Below, in pieces: positions 18,591-27,765 of a stretch of DNA of 34,894 nucleotides. This stretch comes from a virus (taxonomy: Duplodnaviria > Caudoviricetes). Below the pieces are notes generated by a model. That model searched no databases. It was not told the origin of the DNA and saw nothing but the letters and a program-made list of their open reading frames with translations. A program made the translations under genes and the position numbers. Numbering within the stretch: position 1 is the stretch's first letter; each line of letters begins with the position of its first letter. The DNA lies in the IMG/VR virus record IMGVR_UViG_3300020044_001239, positions 1 to 34,894 of that record; one strand, 5' to 3'.

Positions 18591-21292
18591 GTCAAAGCAC
18601 TCCCTGAGATAAGCCAAATACCAGAAGAAGAAACACCAGAAACTTTAATTGCTGTTGCGGAACCATACTGAGCTAATGTTCTAGTGCCAGTTGTACCATC
18701 TTTAGCCAAATACATTGTGTCTGTTGTAATTGCAATACTAATTGATGTTGAAGATAAATTAACAAAAGTTATTGCTGTTCCCAATGGGTATGCAACAGAA
18801 GATGCAGCAGGAATTGTATAAGTTGCTGCTCCATCACCAGAAGCATGGTATATATGCTTTCCAGAATCAGCTAACACCATTGTGTAGCTTCCTGCTTGTG
18901 CGTTCTGTGGAATATTTTTAAAGCCTACAGCATCAGTACCATCTACTGTGCAATTGCTTAATGTTCCACTAGATGGCGTACCTAAGACAGGGGTTGTCAG
19001 CGTTGGGCTTGTCAGTGTTTTGTTTGTTAGTGTCTGAGAATCTGATGTGCCTACAACAGTACCTGATGGTGCAGTTTTAGTAGCCCATGTGTCAAGGTCA
19101 GCATCCCATGCTTGTACATTAGTACCAATAGCCAAACCAAGGAATGAACGAGCAGAAGAACCACCAGCACCTAATGTAGTTAAGTCAGCATCATATGCCT
19201 GTACTGTTGTACCAATAGCAGCAGCTTGCAAAGCTGAATCAGCTAACGCACCCTGAGCAGCAGTGGCATAAGCTGAACTAGCTGTAGTGGCTGCTGTGCC
19301 TAGTCCTAAGTTTGTTCTAGCTGTAGCAGCATTAGCCAAGTCAGAAAGGTTGTTAGAGATTCTTAAGAATCTAGCATCTGATTGTGTTTGTGTATAAACA
19401 TTAGCAAGTTCAAAAGCAGCATAAGCAACAATGTCAATAACATCACCAGTGGTGGCTCCTGTTGATAACACAACAGACACACCATTATTGGCTGTAAAGT
19501 CTGAACCAGCCACTAGCTTAGAACCATTCAAATAAACATCAACATAACCAACATCATATGTTGATGAGAATGTTGTCTGTCCAGATGTTGCTGTGTATAC
19601 AACTCTCTCTGAAGTGCCATTGACAGCAGAGCCAGCAGCAGCCCAAGAAGAACCTGTGTAAACATACATCACATTACCAACAGAGTTCCAATACAGAGCA
19701 CCTGTTAGTAAAGCATTACCATCATTATCTAATGTAGGAGGTGATGTTTTACTACCTAAATATCTATCATCAAAAGCATCATAACTATTAGCAGCATTTG
19801 TAGCTGCTGTAGAAGCTGTGCTTGCTGATGTAGCTGCATTGCCTTCACTGGTAGCAGCATTAGAAGCTGATGTAGCTGCAGCAGCAGCAGAGGTGGCTGC
19901 AGCAGTTGCAGAGCCTAAGATGCCATCAACATAAGTTTTAGTGGTGGCATCAGTTCCTGCTGTTGGAGTACCCAAGCCTGTAATCTTGTTAGTACCCATA
20001 GCAATGGCTCCAGACATTGTGCCACCTGTTAAGGATAACTTCAATGCAGAAGCAGTGTCTACATAGTTTTTAGTAGCTACATCTTGATTAGCTGTAGGTT
20101 CTCCAACACCTGTAATCTTGTTTGTTCCCATAGCAATAGCACCACTCATAGTGCCACCAGCAAGTGCTAGTTTAGTTGCAATGGAATTTGTAAGAGTGGT
20201 GGATAAGCTTGCATCGTTACCTAAGGCTGCTGCAATCTCATTCAGTGTGTCTAATGTAGATGGAGCAGAGGCTACTAAGTTGCTGATAGATGTATCAACA
20301 TATCCTTTAGTGGCTGCATCATTAGTATTGGTAGGGCTGGTAAGATTGGTGATGGTGGCAGCAGTGCCAGCATTCATGTTCAATCCACCATTGATGGTGA
20401 CATCATTGAAAGAAGATGTACCTGTAGAAGCTGTAACATTACCTGTTAAATTGCCTGTGACATTGCCTGTAACAGCACCAGTATGAGTACCTGCAGTATT
20501 ACCAGTGACATCACCAGTAAGACCGCCAACAAATCCTGTAGTGGCAGTGATTGTAGTTCCTCTAACAGTTTGAGCAGTGGTTGCACCAATAACTGTATTG
20601 TTAATAGTACCAGCACTAATTGCAGCAGTGGCTGCTGTTAAAGAAGTGTTAGCTGTAAGTGCAGTGAATGTACCAGCAGCAGGTGTTCCTGTGCCAATGG
20701 CAGCAGGTGCAGCCCAGTCAGCACCATCAAGTAGGTCTGAATTAAGATTGGCTACCTTAGTTGTAGAAGCAACAACAATAGGAGCAGTGCCTGTAGCTAG
20801 AGTAGATGTAATAGCACCAGAAGCACTAACTGTTGTGAAATTAGCAGCAGCAGCTGAGCTACCACCAATCACTGCACCATCCACTGTGCCACCATTAATG
20901 TCAGCAGTGTCAGCAACTAAGCTGTCAATGTTTGCTACACCAGTGATGTAAAGGTTTTTAAACTCAAGAGCACCTGTGCCTAAGTCAATGTCATTATCTG
21001 TCACTGGTACAATAGCACCATCTTGAAATCTTACTTGTTCAGTAGATGTTCCAGTGACATTAACAAAGACACCAGCCCTATGGTTTGTTCCATCAATAAC
21101 AACTTTATCTTTAGCAGTTGAGTCTGCAACGAGAGGAATGTAATCACCCTCTGCTGCAGTACCATCATGCTTGTGACCACCAGACTGAGCAAAAGCATCA
21201 CGAAGAGCATTGAATTCGTTATTAACAGGTGTAGCACGGATAACTGCCGTTGGCAAAATATCCGCTGATGATTGTCTTACATATCCACTCAA
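18587..21292 (-). CDS. Main tail fibre/spike protein (901 aa)
   Basis: N-terminal anchor (MSGYVRQS...NNEFNAL...GHKHDG), neck repeats DAATKxYVD, an AATSA heptad tract and [17 protein letters not shown]. Follows the nozzle gene; AAGGAG RBS. Confidence 0.85.
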   Translation of the reverse strand: MSGYVRQSSADILPTAVIRATPVNNEFNALRDAFAQSGGHKHDGTAAEGDYIPLVADSTAKDKVVIDGTNHRAGVFVNVTGTSTEQVRFQDGAIVPVTDNDIDLGTGALEFKNLYITGVANIDSLVADTADINGGTVDGAVIGGSSAAAANFTTVSASGAITSTLATGTAPIVVASTTKVANLNSDLLDGADWAAPAAIGTGTPAAGTFTALTANTSLTAATAAISAGTINNTVIGATTAQTVRGTTITATTGFVGGLTGDVTGNTAGTHTGAVTGNVTGNLTGNVTASTGTSSFNDVTINGGLNMNAGTAATITNLTSPTNTNDAATKGYVDTSISNLVASAPSTLDTLNEIAAALGNDASLSTTLTNSIATKLALAGGTMSGAIAMGTNKITGVGEPTANQDVATKNYVDTASALKLSLTGGTMSGAIAMGTNKITGLGTPTAGTDATTKTYVDGILGSATAAATSAAAAATSASNAATSEGNAATSASTASTAATNAANSYDAFDDRYLGSKTSPPTLDNDGNALLTGALYWNSVGNVMYVYTGSSWAAAGSAVNGTSERVVYTATSGQTTFSSTYDVGYVDVYLNGSKLVAGSDFTANNGVSVVLSTGATTGDVIDIVAYAAFELANVYTQTQSDARFLRISNNLSDLANAATARTNLGLGTAATTASSAYATAAQGALADSALQAAAIGTTVQAYDADLTTLGAGGSSARSFLGLAIGTNVQAWDADLDTWATKTAPSGTVVGTSDSQTLTNKTLTSPTLTTPVLGTPSSGTLSNCTVDGTDAVGFKNIPQNAQAGSYTMVLADSGKHIYHASGDGAATYTIPAASSVAYPLGTAITFVNLSSTSISIAITTDTMYLAKDGTTGTRTLAQYGSATAIKVSGVSSSGIWLISGSALT

Positions 21293-21304
21293 GGTGTGTT
21301 CTCC

Positions 21305-22864
21305 TTATCGCCTGTCATTCATAGAATAATTCAAGACCAAACCTTGAATTGTATGACTAGCATTTGTATCATTGGTCACATATCTAAACGAAATTGAGAA
21401 GCCTGAGCCTTCAATATTTGTCTTTGCCACTGGCGATGGATTACCATCATAGATGGCTGCTGCATCATATAACGAAACATTATAATAAGCAGCAGCAGCC
21501 GCTGTACTAATAGTAGTGTTCTTAGGATTAAATACACCTACACTATCGTCAAAGTCATAAGAGATACCCATAAGAATATAGGAAGCTCCTTCACTTTTCA
21601 AGAATGTACTTATATTATAAAAGTTCTTTCTAATAGTAGGATCTTGGAAATAAAAATAAGGTGTTTGATAAACACTCAGTATTTCACTTCCATTAAAAGA
21701 AGTTCCAGTTTCTTGCTTATGAACTTTACCAGCAGAGTCTCCATGAATAACTACTTCGTTTATTCCAATGTATCCACTGGCTGCACAAGTAACAAAGAAG
21801 TTAAACAACGAACTAAATTCAAAAGAAAGTCCACCATTATCATTCTGTCTCAAACCACCTAGTATTCCAGTAGTTCCTTCAATAGGTGACATCAGTCTAA
21901 ACTGAGACTTCTTCCTAATAAGAACAGTGCTTAATGTTTCAGGATCAATAGACTCTGTAACAATATCATTAAGTAATGAATTAACAGTAAACTGAATCTG
22001 TCTAGAAATAGTTTCTAGTTCTACGTCACCAATCTTATTAGTACCAGAGATTGGTCTAAAGCCATCTGGACCTAAGAACAATAAGCTACCACTAAACTCA
22101 ACAACACTATCTGGAACTAAACAACCAAGATTTGTTGTAACTTCAGACAATACAAAATCAGCTACATTGGTTCCTGTCAAACTCTTGATAGCACTCTTAC
22201 CAAATATGTACAGCGTATCACGAAACTGTTTGATCTGAACAATATCAAATCCAACATTAATAATACCAGCACCATTAGCAGGACTAAAGTCTGTCTCCGA
22301 TAAAGGAGAAGAGAAGTATAAATTGTAGGGATCTGTAGGATCACCAGCTAAGAATAAATGATTCTTAAATGGTGCAGAATACTTAGGACTGTTAGGTGCA
22401 TTTGCATGCGTCACCTGTGTATAAGTTGTACCATCATAGATAGCTGCTGGATTGATACCATCAGTTAAAGCTATCTTTGTAGTGCTCCAGTTATATTTAG
22501 AAAACCTAACCTTCTTAACACCAGTCATTGTAATTGTACCGGGTGTAGTAATGGCTGACCAAGTAGAACTACTATTTACCCACTTATAGAAATAGTTAGT
22601 TCCTGCTGATGCTTTGCGACAAGCAAAGATACCATCATTCAAACCCTCAGCAACCATAACACCTAGAACACTTCCTGTTCCAGTTACAGTTCCATAACTG
22701 TTACTATATCCACTAATCCGTCTATATCCACCAGTAATTGATGGTTCATAATTAATAAGTAATACAGCAGATCCGGGTGTAATTTCTCCCTGAGAAAGAA
22801 CATCTCCATTGGTGTTCAATCCACCAATACAGGAAACCTTAAACCCATTAATCTTATCTGCCAT
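21305..22864 (-). CDS. Tail nozzle / tubular protein B-like (519 aa)
   Basis: N-terminal GGLN motif and beta-propeller-like repeats; directly after the adaptor gene. Confidence 0.75.
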   Translation of the reverse strand: MADKINGFKVSCIGGLNTNGDVLSQGEITPGSAVLLINYEPSITGGYRRISGYSNSYGTVTGTGSVLGVMVAEGLNDGIFACRKASAGTNYFYKWVNSSSTWSAITTPGTITMTGVKKVRFSKYNWSTTKIALTDGINPAAIYDGTTYTQVTHANAPNSPKYSAPFKNHLFLAGDPTDPYNLYFSSPLSETDFSPANGAGIINVGFDIVQIKQFRDTLYIFGKSAIKSLTGTNVADFVLSEVTTNLGCLVPDSVVEFSGSLLFLGPDGFRPISGTNKIGDVELETISRQIQFTVNSLLNDIVTESIDPETLSTVLIRKKSQFRLMSPIEGTTGILGGLRQNDNGGLSFEFSSLFNFFVTCAASGYIGINEVVIHGDSAGKVHKQETGTSFNGSEILSVYQTPYFYFQDPTIRKNFYNISTFLKSEGASYILMGISYDFDDSVGVFNPKNTTISTAAAAAYYNVSLYDAAAIYDGNPSPVAKTNIEGSGFSISFRYVTNDTNASHTIQGLVLNYSMNDRR

Positions 22865-23577
22865 TAGAACACTCTGGCAGTTGATACTGTCTGCGTAATA
22901 GCAGTAGACCTCATAAGATTTGTTTCACCAATCAAAAGCCTACGCATCACTTTAATTCCTGCTTCAAAATTGGCTTTATGAATAGTAGCACTCTGCTCAT
23001 TAGACCTAAAGATCATCATGTACATCATTGCACCATCAATTAAAACATTCTTAAAACGATCAGGAACAACACACACATCTGTGGCATTAGTTAAATCATT
23101 TGGAAAGTAGTAGTAGTTATAGTCAATCTTATATGCATCATTAGGAAGTGGAGTCACACCAAATGAAAGATTGTTAGGAACATCATAAACATAAAGAGGA
23201 GCAGCCTGTCCCGCTGTACCAGTCTGATCTTCCTTTGGCTTTTGTGTTTCAATATAAGCCGTGTAAGTGATATAAGGTATCTTCTTAGGAACATTGTTCT
23301 GAGCAGGAAGTTGCTGCAAATAAAAACTATCCCAGTCAATACTAGACATATTAGTAGGGAAAGTATATGTCCCTGTACCAGCAGTTAATGTCTGTGTGTA
23401 AGAAGCAGAAACAAAAGGCCATTCTTGGACCGAGTGCATAAGTTCTCTAATGGATGAATTGACAGCATCTTTAGCAAGACTCTGTACATTTCGTGCAGCG
23501 TCAAACTCAGTGGAGTCCATCTGGACTTCATTAAGTCTGCGTAGCAATTCATTCGTTAAAGAAAGGTATGTTGCCAT
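22864..23577 (-). CDS. Head-tail adaptor / tail tubular protein A-like (237 aa)
   Basis: MATYLSLTNELLRRLNE N-terminal helix and a WPF motif. First gene after the capsid terminator. Confidence 0.75.
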   Translation of the reverse strand: MATYLSLTNELLRRLNEVQMDSTEFDAARNVQSLAKDAVNSSIRELMHSVQEWPFVSASYTQTLTAGTGTYTFPTNMSSIDWDSFYLQQLPAQNNVPKKIPYITYTAYIETQKPKEDQTGTAGQAAPLYVYDVPNNLSFGVTPLPNDAYKIDYNYYYFPNDLTNATDVCVVPDRFKNVLIDGAMMYMMIFRSNEQSATIHKANFEAGIKVMRRLLIGETNLMRSTAITQTVSTARVF

Positions 23578-23583
23578 AATATT

Positions 23584-23624
23584 AAAATAATAAAAGGAGA
23601 AGCCCCTTTTGAGGACTTCCCCTT
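23584..23624 (-). terminator. Rho-independent terminator after the capsid/decoration genes
   Basis: Minus-strand hairpin AGGGGAAGTCCT-CAAAA-GGGGCTTCTCCT (12 bp including 3 G-U pairs) followed by TTTATTATTTT. Position is analogous to T7 T-phi. Confidence 0.85.
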
Positions 23625-23630
23625 ACGGAC

Positions 23631-24122
23631 TTAGATTTGAGTACGAGTCACAGAAGCAGGGCCAACACGATCTGTTGCGTCAACGATGACAGCAAAGACA
23701 CGGATTGAACCAGCACTCAGTGTAGTGGTTTCAGTAACCAACAACAAATCCAATGTATCAGCAGACTTTGTTACGATAGGATATCCGGCAGTGGCTGGTG
23801 TTGCATAATCACCCACAGCAAGAGAACCAGTCACACCAAAGGCAGACACATAAGCAGCGGCTGTTACGCCAGTAACGCCCAAGCTAACTGTACAGCTACC
23901 TGTGACAGCACCAGTGATTTCAAAGCCAGCAGCCAACACAATAGATTGTGCGGGAATCTGAAGAGCTTCAATCACATCAGCAGCAGCTAAGGCAGAACCT
24001 TTTGCTGTTACAGCAGCAGCTAAGTTAATGGTGTTTTCCACAACATAAGGCATGTTGCGAAGAGCACGGCTAGGGTGAGTACCTGCACCAACAGCATTAG
24101 AGAGAGTAGTAATAGTTGCCAT
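23631..24122 (-). CDS. Capsid decoration/cement protein (putative, 163 aa)
   Basis: Lies between the MCP gene and the terminator. Strong RBS (TAAGGAG); beta-sandwich-like Ala/Thr/Val-rich sequence. Confidence 0.65.
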   Translation of the reverse strand: MATITTLSNAVGAGTHPSRALRNMPYVVENTINLAAAVTAKGSALAAADVIEALQIPAQSIVLAAGFEITGAVTGSCTVSLGVTGVTAAAYVSAFGVTGSLAVGDYATPATAGYPIVTKSADTLDLLLVTETTTLSAGSIRVFAVIVDATDRVGPASVTRTQI

Positions 24123-24133
24123 TTAGTTTCTCC

Positions 24134-25204
24134 TTAAGCAGCGTTGTATTTAGCAGTGACCAATGCCTCAGGACGCAAGATTTTGCGACCATAGAGATGC
24201 ATACCACGCACGATGTCAGCAAAGCTGTCAGGGTCACGATAGGTTTCAGTCTTAGTGATCTGTTGGGCAGTTGCCACAGCAGAGTCATGACCACCAACGA
24301 TAACACCGAAGTTGCTGTTTTGGTTAGCTGTACCAGCAGTACCAGCACCAGTACCAACCTTAGGCAAGTTGTTAGAAACAAACACACGGAAGCCGTGCAA
24401 GTTATCTACCACCAAACCATTTTGCAGACCAGCACCACCGAACAAGTTATTGAACAAGCGTGAGTCTTCGTCTTTCAACAGTTCGATGAAGATGGGATCA
24501 ACCACCAACCAACGACCATTTGTATCAACAAATTGTTGATCCATCAAACGACCCATACGAGCAATCACTTGCAATGGTGTAGCTGTTGCTGTTGGAGCAG
24601 CAGTAGCACCGGGCAAACGAGGAGCCAAAGGAATGGAATGATCACCAGCGGAACCAGTGGTAATGTTACCAAAGTCGCCTTTCTTCAATTTCATTGTAGA
24701 CAACAACTCATCAGAACCAGCGGCAGTAACTGCCTTAGTACCGGGAGCAGTTGTACGAGCAGTGTCAGGTGTAACATGCTTGGCAGACTGATAGTAGCCA
24801 GACAAGTAACCCAAGACATCTTGATCATACTGGTCACGCAAACGATATGCTGCACGATCAGAAGCCATCTGCATGAAGTTCACATGTGAGTGAGCAGCTT
24901 CAATGTCATCAATCTTGAATGCATAGTAGTTAGCCTGATCAACAACCAATGTGAAGTCTTCGTCATTCAGGTCTTGTGCTGTGATTTGTGTACCACGAGC
25001 ATAGTTCTGAACAGAAACTTCTGGCTCTTTAATGATCTTGACAGAGTCGCCCATGTTGGCGATTTCACCGAAGTAGTCATTATTAGTAATGGCTTCGACA
25101 GTGGACGATTTACGGAATGCAAGTTGAACTTGCTTGGAATAGATTACGGGGCTAAAATTACCATTGGGTAAATTGCCGTAACCTACAGCTTTTGGAAATG
25201 CCAT
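24134..25204 (-). CDS. Major capsid protein (HK97 fold, podovirus type)
   Basis: 356 aa after the scaffold gene. Motifs FSPVIYSK, GEIANMGDSVKI and DIVRGMHLYGRKILRPEAL. AGGAGG RBS. Confidence 0.92.
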   Translation of the reverse strand: MAFPKAVGYGNLPNGNFSPVIYSKQVQLAFRKSSTVEAITNNDYFGEIANMGDSVKIIKEPEVSVQNYARGTQITAQDLNDEDFTLVVDQANYYAFKIDDIEAAHSHVNFMQMASDRAAYRLRDQYDQDVLGYLSGYYQSAKHVTPDTARTTAPGTKAVTAAGSDELLSTMKLKKGDFGNITTGSAGDHSIPLAPRLPGATAAPTATATPLQVIARMGRLMDQQFVDTNGRWLVVDPIFIELLKDEDSRLFNNLFGGAGLQNGLVVDNLHGFRVFVSNNLPKVGTGAGTAGTANQNSNFGVIVGGHDSAVATAQQITKTETYRDPDSFADIVRGMHLYGRKILRPEALVTAKYNAA

Positions 25205-25440
25205 GATTTATCCTCCTAAGATATAAGGGCATATAATTAAATACGCTTTACATCACTTCAGAGGCTGTGTCTAATCGGGTGTGTACATAGTAGGGATGCC
25301 TCCCTAAAACATACAGGCCAATAAACTGCAGGTAATTCTGATAGCTTACTGTTTGCGTTAACTTTTCTAGAGCCTAAGGTGGTTGTTGCAGCAACGGCTT
25401 AGGCTCCAGAGGAAAAGGCCACAATGTGACCAATGATAAA

Positions 25441-25468
25441 GTTATATCAGCAATATAACTTTTGTCAA
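25441..25468 (-). promoter_or_regulatory. Sigma70-like promoter upstream of the major capsid gene
   Basis: Minus strand TTGACA (25468-25463), 16-nt spacer, TATAAC (25446-25441), at the start of a 267-nt intergenic region. Confidence 0.65.
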
Positions 25469-25471
25469 TAC

Positions 25472-26338
25472 TTATCGAGCGTTACCACTCAAATCATATA
25501 TAAACTTACCAGATTTCATGGCTTTAGCAATGGCTTCTTGGTTAGCTTCATACTGGTGGCTAGTCATCTTATTTACATCAGACTCATAGAAAGTACCATT
25601 TGTATCCTCAGAAGCAGGGGTAGAACGAGCACCTCTTGTTCCTACACTTCTTGCTGCATCTTTAGGATTGCTTTCTTTCTTAGTCCTAATTCCTTTGTCA
25701 GCCTTGTACAAATCAATGGCACGAGAGGCTGCTCTAGCATCAGTGTCGTTTTCATACAACGCTTGTTGCACCCACTTAGGTTGATCTTCAACCCAGTCAT
25801 GGAATGCATCATCATCACGGATAGAGTTAAAGTCTGGATGCAAACGCATCAACTCAGCTTCTGCTGATTCTTTTGCAGTTTGTTGTTCTCTTTCATCAAG
25901 CTGACGAAACCTATCTTCAATTTCTTTAGATTGTTCCTTTGCCTTCTTCATAGCAATGGTTTCAACAATCTTGGCAACATCAGGATATTGTGCTGCCCAT
26001 TCATTAAGTTCATCTTCTGTCTTAGGGAACTTAATTTGTTTAGTAGTGGACTGCTCCAGTTGAGACTTCAATGCATCAATCTGGCTTTGCAGTTGCGTTT
26101 GTTGCTGCTGAGAATGTCTACGAAGATCACCATAACGCTTCTTAAAACTCTTCTCTTCTGCACTCTCTGGCTCAGCACCAGAGTCTGAGTTAGATTCTTC
26201 AGAGGGATTGTTCGCCTCTTGCAGTTTCTTCAACTCTTCTTCGTCTTCCTTAATACGCTCCTCAGTAGAGTTTCGTTTACCGAAAGGAGAAAACGCTTTT
26301 ACTTCTTGCTTTTGATCAAGCACTACTTCTGTTGTCAT
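25472..26338 (-). CDS. Capsid scaffolding protein (288 aa)
   Basis: Acidic/charged coiled coil (FKKRYGDLRRH, HPDF..I..DDAFHDW) immediately upstream of the MCP gene. Confidence 0.8.
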   Translation of the reverse strand: MTTEVVLDQKQEVKAFSPFGKRNSTEERIKEDEEELKKLQEANNPSEESNSDSGAEPESAEEKSFKKRYGDLRRHSQQQQTQLQSQIDALKSQLEQSTTKQIKFPKTEDELNEWAAQYPDVAKIVETIAMKKAKEQSKEIEDRFRQLDEREQQTAKESAEAELMRLHPDFNSIRDDDAFHDWVEDQPKWVQQALYENDTDARAASRAIDLYKADKGIRTKKESNPKDAARSVGTRGARSTPASEDTNGTFYESDVNKMTSHQYEANQEAIAKAMKSGKFIYDLSGNAR

Positions 26339-26456
26339 AACATACCTTTAAGTTGGGGCTAACTGTAGCTGCAGATGCAGGGAGATAGGTAGCCATATGG
26401 TGGGAAATTGTTGACACTCACCAGCCCACCTCTGGTATGAGTATGCTAATTATATA

Positions 26457-27557
26457 TTACTTTTTAGATTTCTTAGATCTTTTAGTTACTAAGCCACCTT
26501 TGGCAAAGTCTCCTACACCCACACCATCACCTTCACCACTAACACCATCAGTAGTAGAACCATCATCCACACCCAATGCAGCAGCATTAGCTGCTAATCC
26601 TTCTGGAGAAGCGGTTGTTGCGCTAGTAACCCCCTCAGAAATAGAAGCATCATCAATACCTAAGGCAACAGCATTAGCTGCTAGACCTGCTGCATTAGCA
26701 GAAGTAGAAACTCCTGTTGTAGTTACAGCATCTGAAACACTTACTGGAGTTCCAATAGTATTGCTTGTAATACCATCAATAGCATTAGCAATAGCTCCAA
26801 TGGCAATACCAATTGCAGAATTGCCAACGGATGTACCAGAAGGACCACCAACACCTGAACCAGTGCCTACAGATGCACCACCTGCTGGTCCTGTTGGTCC
26901 ATCACCACCACCTCCTTGAGTTCCGTCTAAGGCTGTTGTAGTAGTATTTATTTTTGTTTCATCTGTCTTCTTAACTTCAGCTAAGAATTGACCAGCAGAT
27001 CCTGCAAATTCATATCCAGCAGGAATCTGAATAGAGGGTTTATCATTAAAGAAAGTAATGTACATCACTCTACCTTCTTTATTCTTATATGCTCTAACAT
27101 CCAATGCTGGGTTGGTAATAGATGTTTTAGGAATGTTGTATTTAGCTAAGTAGTCAGTGCCGGGTTCATTGAAACCACCAGCAGCAAACTGTTTAGTACC
27201 ATCACCACTATCTACCTCAGCCATGATGTCATCAATCTCTTGACCAAACTCATCACCATGTAGAGCCTCTGGATCTTCCACTTGATCAGCATTACCCATC
27301 TGACCAATCTCACTCATACGAGAAAGACCTGCTTTAGCTTCATCACGAAGCTTCATCAATCGTTCAAGACCAATGTAACGAACAACGTCAGCAGGAATAA
27401 CAAACTCACCCTCGCTTAGTTGAGCAGGAATATCATCTCTCACTTCATTCTGCATAGCTCCCGGAGGTACTTCATTACCACTCACTGGATCTGTAGTACC
27501 ACCCTGCTGATTAATTCCTCCATCAGCGAAGAGCTTGTTCATTTCATTGTTCAGCAT
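26457..27557 (-). CDS. Head-module protein (366 aa) with a DDIPAQLSEGEFV domain; candidate processing/packaging factor
   Basis: Lies between portal and scaffold. N-terminal FADGG...RDDIPAQLSEGEFVIPADVVRYIG domain, a Gly/Ser/Thr/Ala linker and a basic C-terminus. The CDS is well supported; the function is inferred. Confidence 0.6.
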   Translation of the reverse strand: MLNNEMNKLFADGGINQQGGTTDPVSGNEVPPGAMQNEVRDDIPAQLSEGEFVIPADVVRYIGLERLMKLRDEAKAGLSRMSEIGQMGNADQVEDPEALHGDEFGQEIDDIMAEVDSGDGTKQFAAGGFNEPGTDYLAKYNIPKTSITNPALDVRAYKNKEGRVMYITFFNDKPSIQIPAGYEFAGSAGQFLAEVKKTDETKINTTTTALDGTQGGGGDGPTGPAGGASVGTGSGVGGPSGTSVGNSAIGIAIGAIANAIDGITSNTIGTPVSVSDAVTTTGVSTSANAAGLAANAVALGIDDASISEGVTSATTASPEGLAANAAALGVDDGSTTDGVSGEGDGVGVGDFAKGGLVTKRSKKSKK

Positions 27558-27765
27558 TTACTTCATCTCTCAAATATTTAAGATGGCGCAAAGCAGCAAT
27601 AGCCCCTTGTGCCTTAAAAACATCACTCATCTCTACAGCTTGTTCAAGCTTTCTCTGTTGCTGTGCTACATTGTAGTCAAGCATTTCACAGAAGGCTTCC
27701 CACTGTAGGTGGTTACTAGCAAGCTGTTTAAGCTTGGGGAGGAACGGCTTGTTGCTGTTGGACAT
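27544..27765 (-). CDS. Small helical protein downstream of portal (73 aa)
   Basis: The ATG at 27765 (after GCAGGTA) is preferred over the longer start in the track. KAQGAIAALR motif; overlaps the portal 3' end and the next gene. Confidence 0.65.
   Translation of the reverse strand: MSNSNKPFLPKLKQLASNHLQWEAFCEMLDYNVAQQQRKLEQAVEMSDVFKAQGAIAALRHLKYLRDEVNAEQ

Noticed and set aside
18591-18617. Longer starts given by the ORF track (18617; likewise 27831, 33891 and 26)
   Set aside because: Downstream ATGs give canonical coupling with neighbouring genes and remove implausible overlaps.
14473-21292. Diversity-generating retroelement or invertible fibre cassette
   Set aside because: No reverse transcriptase or invertase gene is in the window, and I saw no adenine-specific TR/VR pair or flanking inverted repeats by eye.
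24097-24387. Alternative-frame ORF across the MCP 3' end as a T7 10A/10B-type frameshift extension
   Set aside because: The frame ends only 37 nt past the MCP stop and is not the decoration gene's frame. No slippery site was seen, and the downstream gene has its own strong RBS.
26411-26447. Plus-strand TTGACA as an antisense promoter
   Set aside because: There is no good -10 hexamer at 16-18 nt spacing; the bases are better explained as part of the minus-strand pseudoknot.
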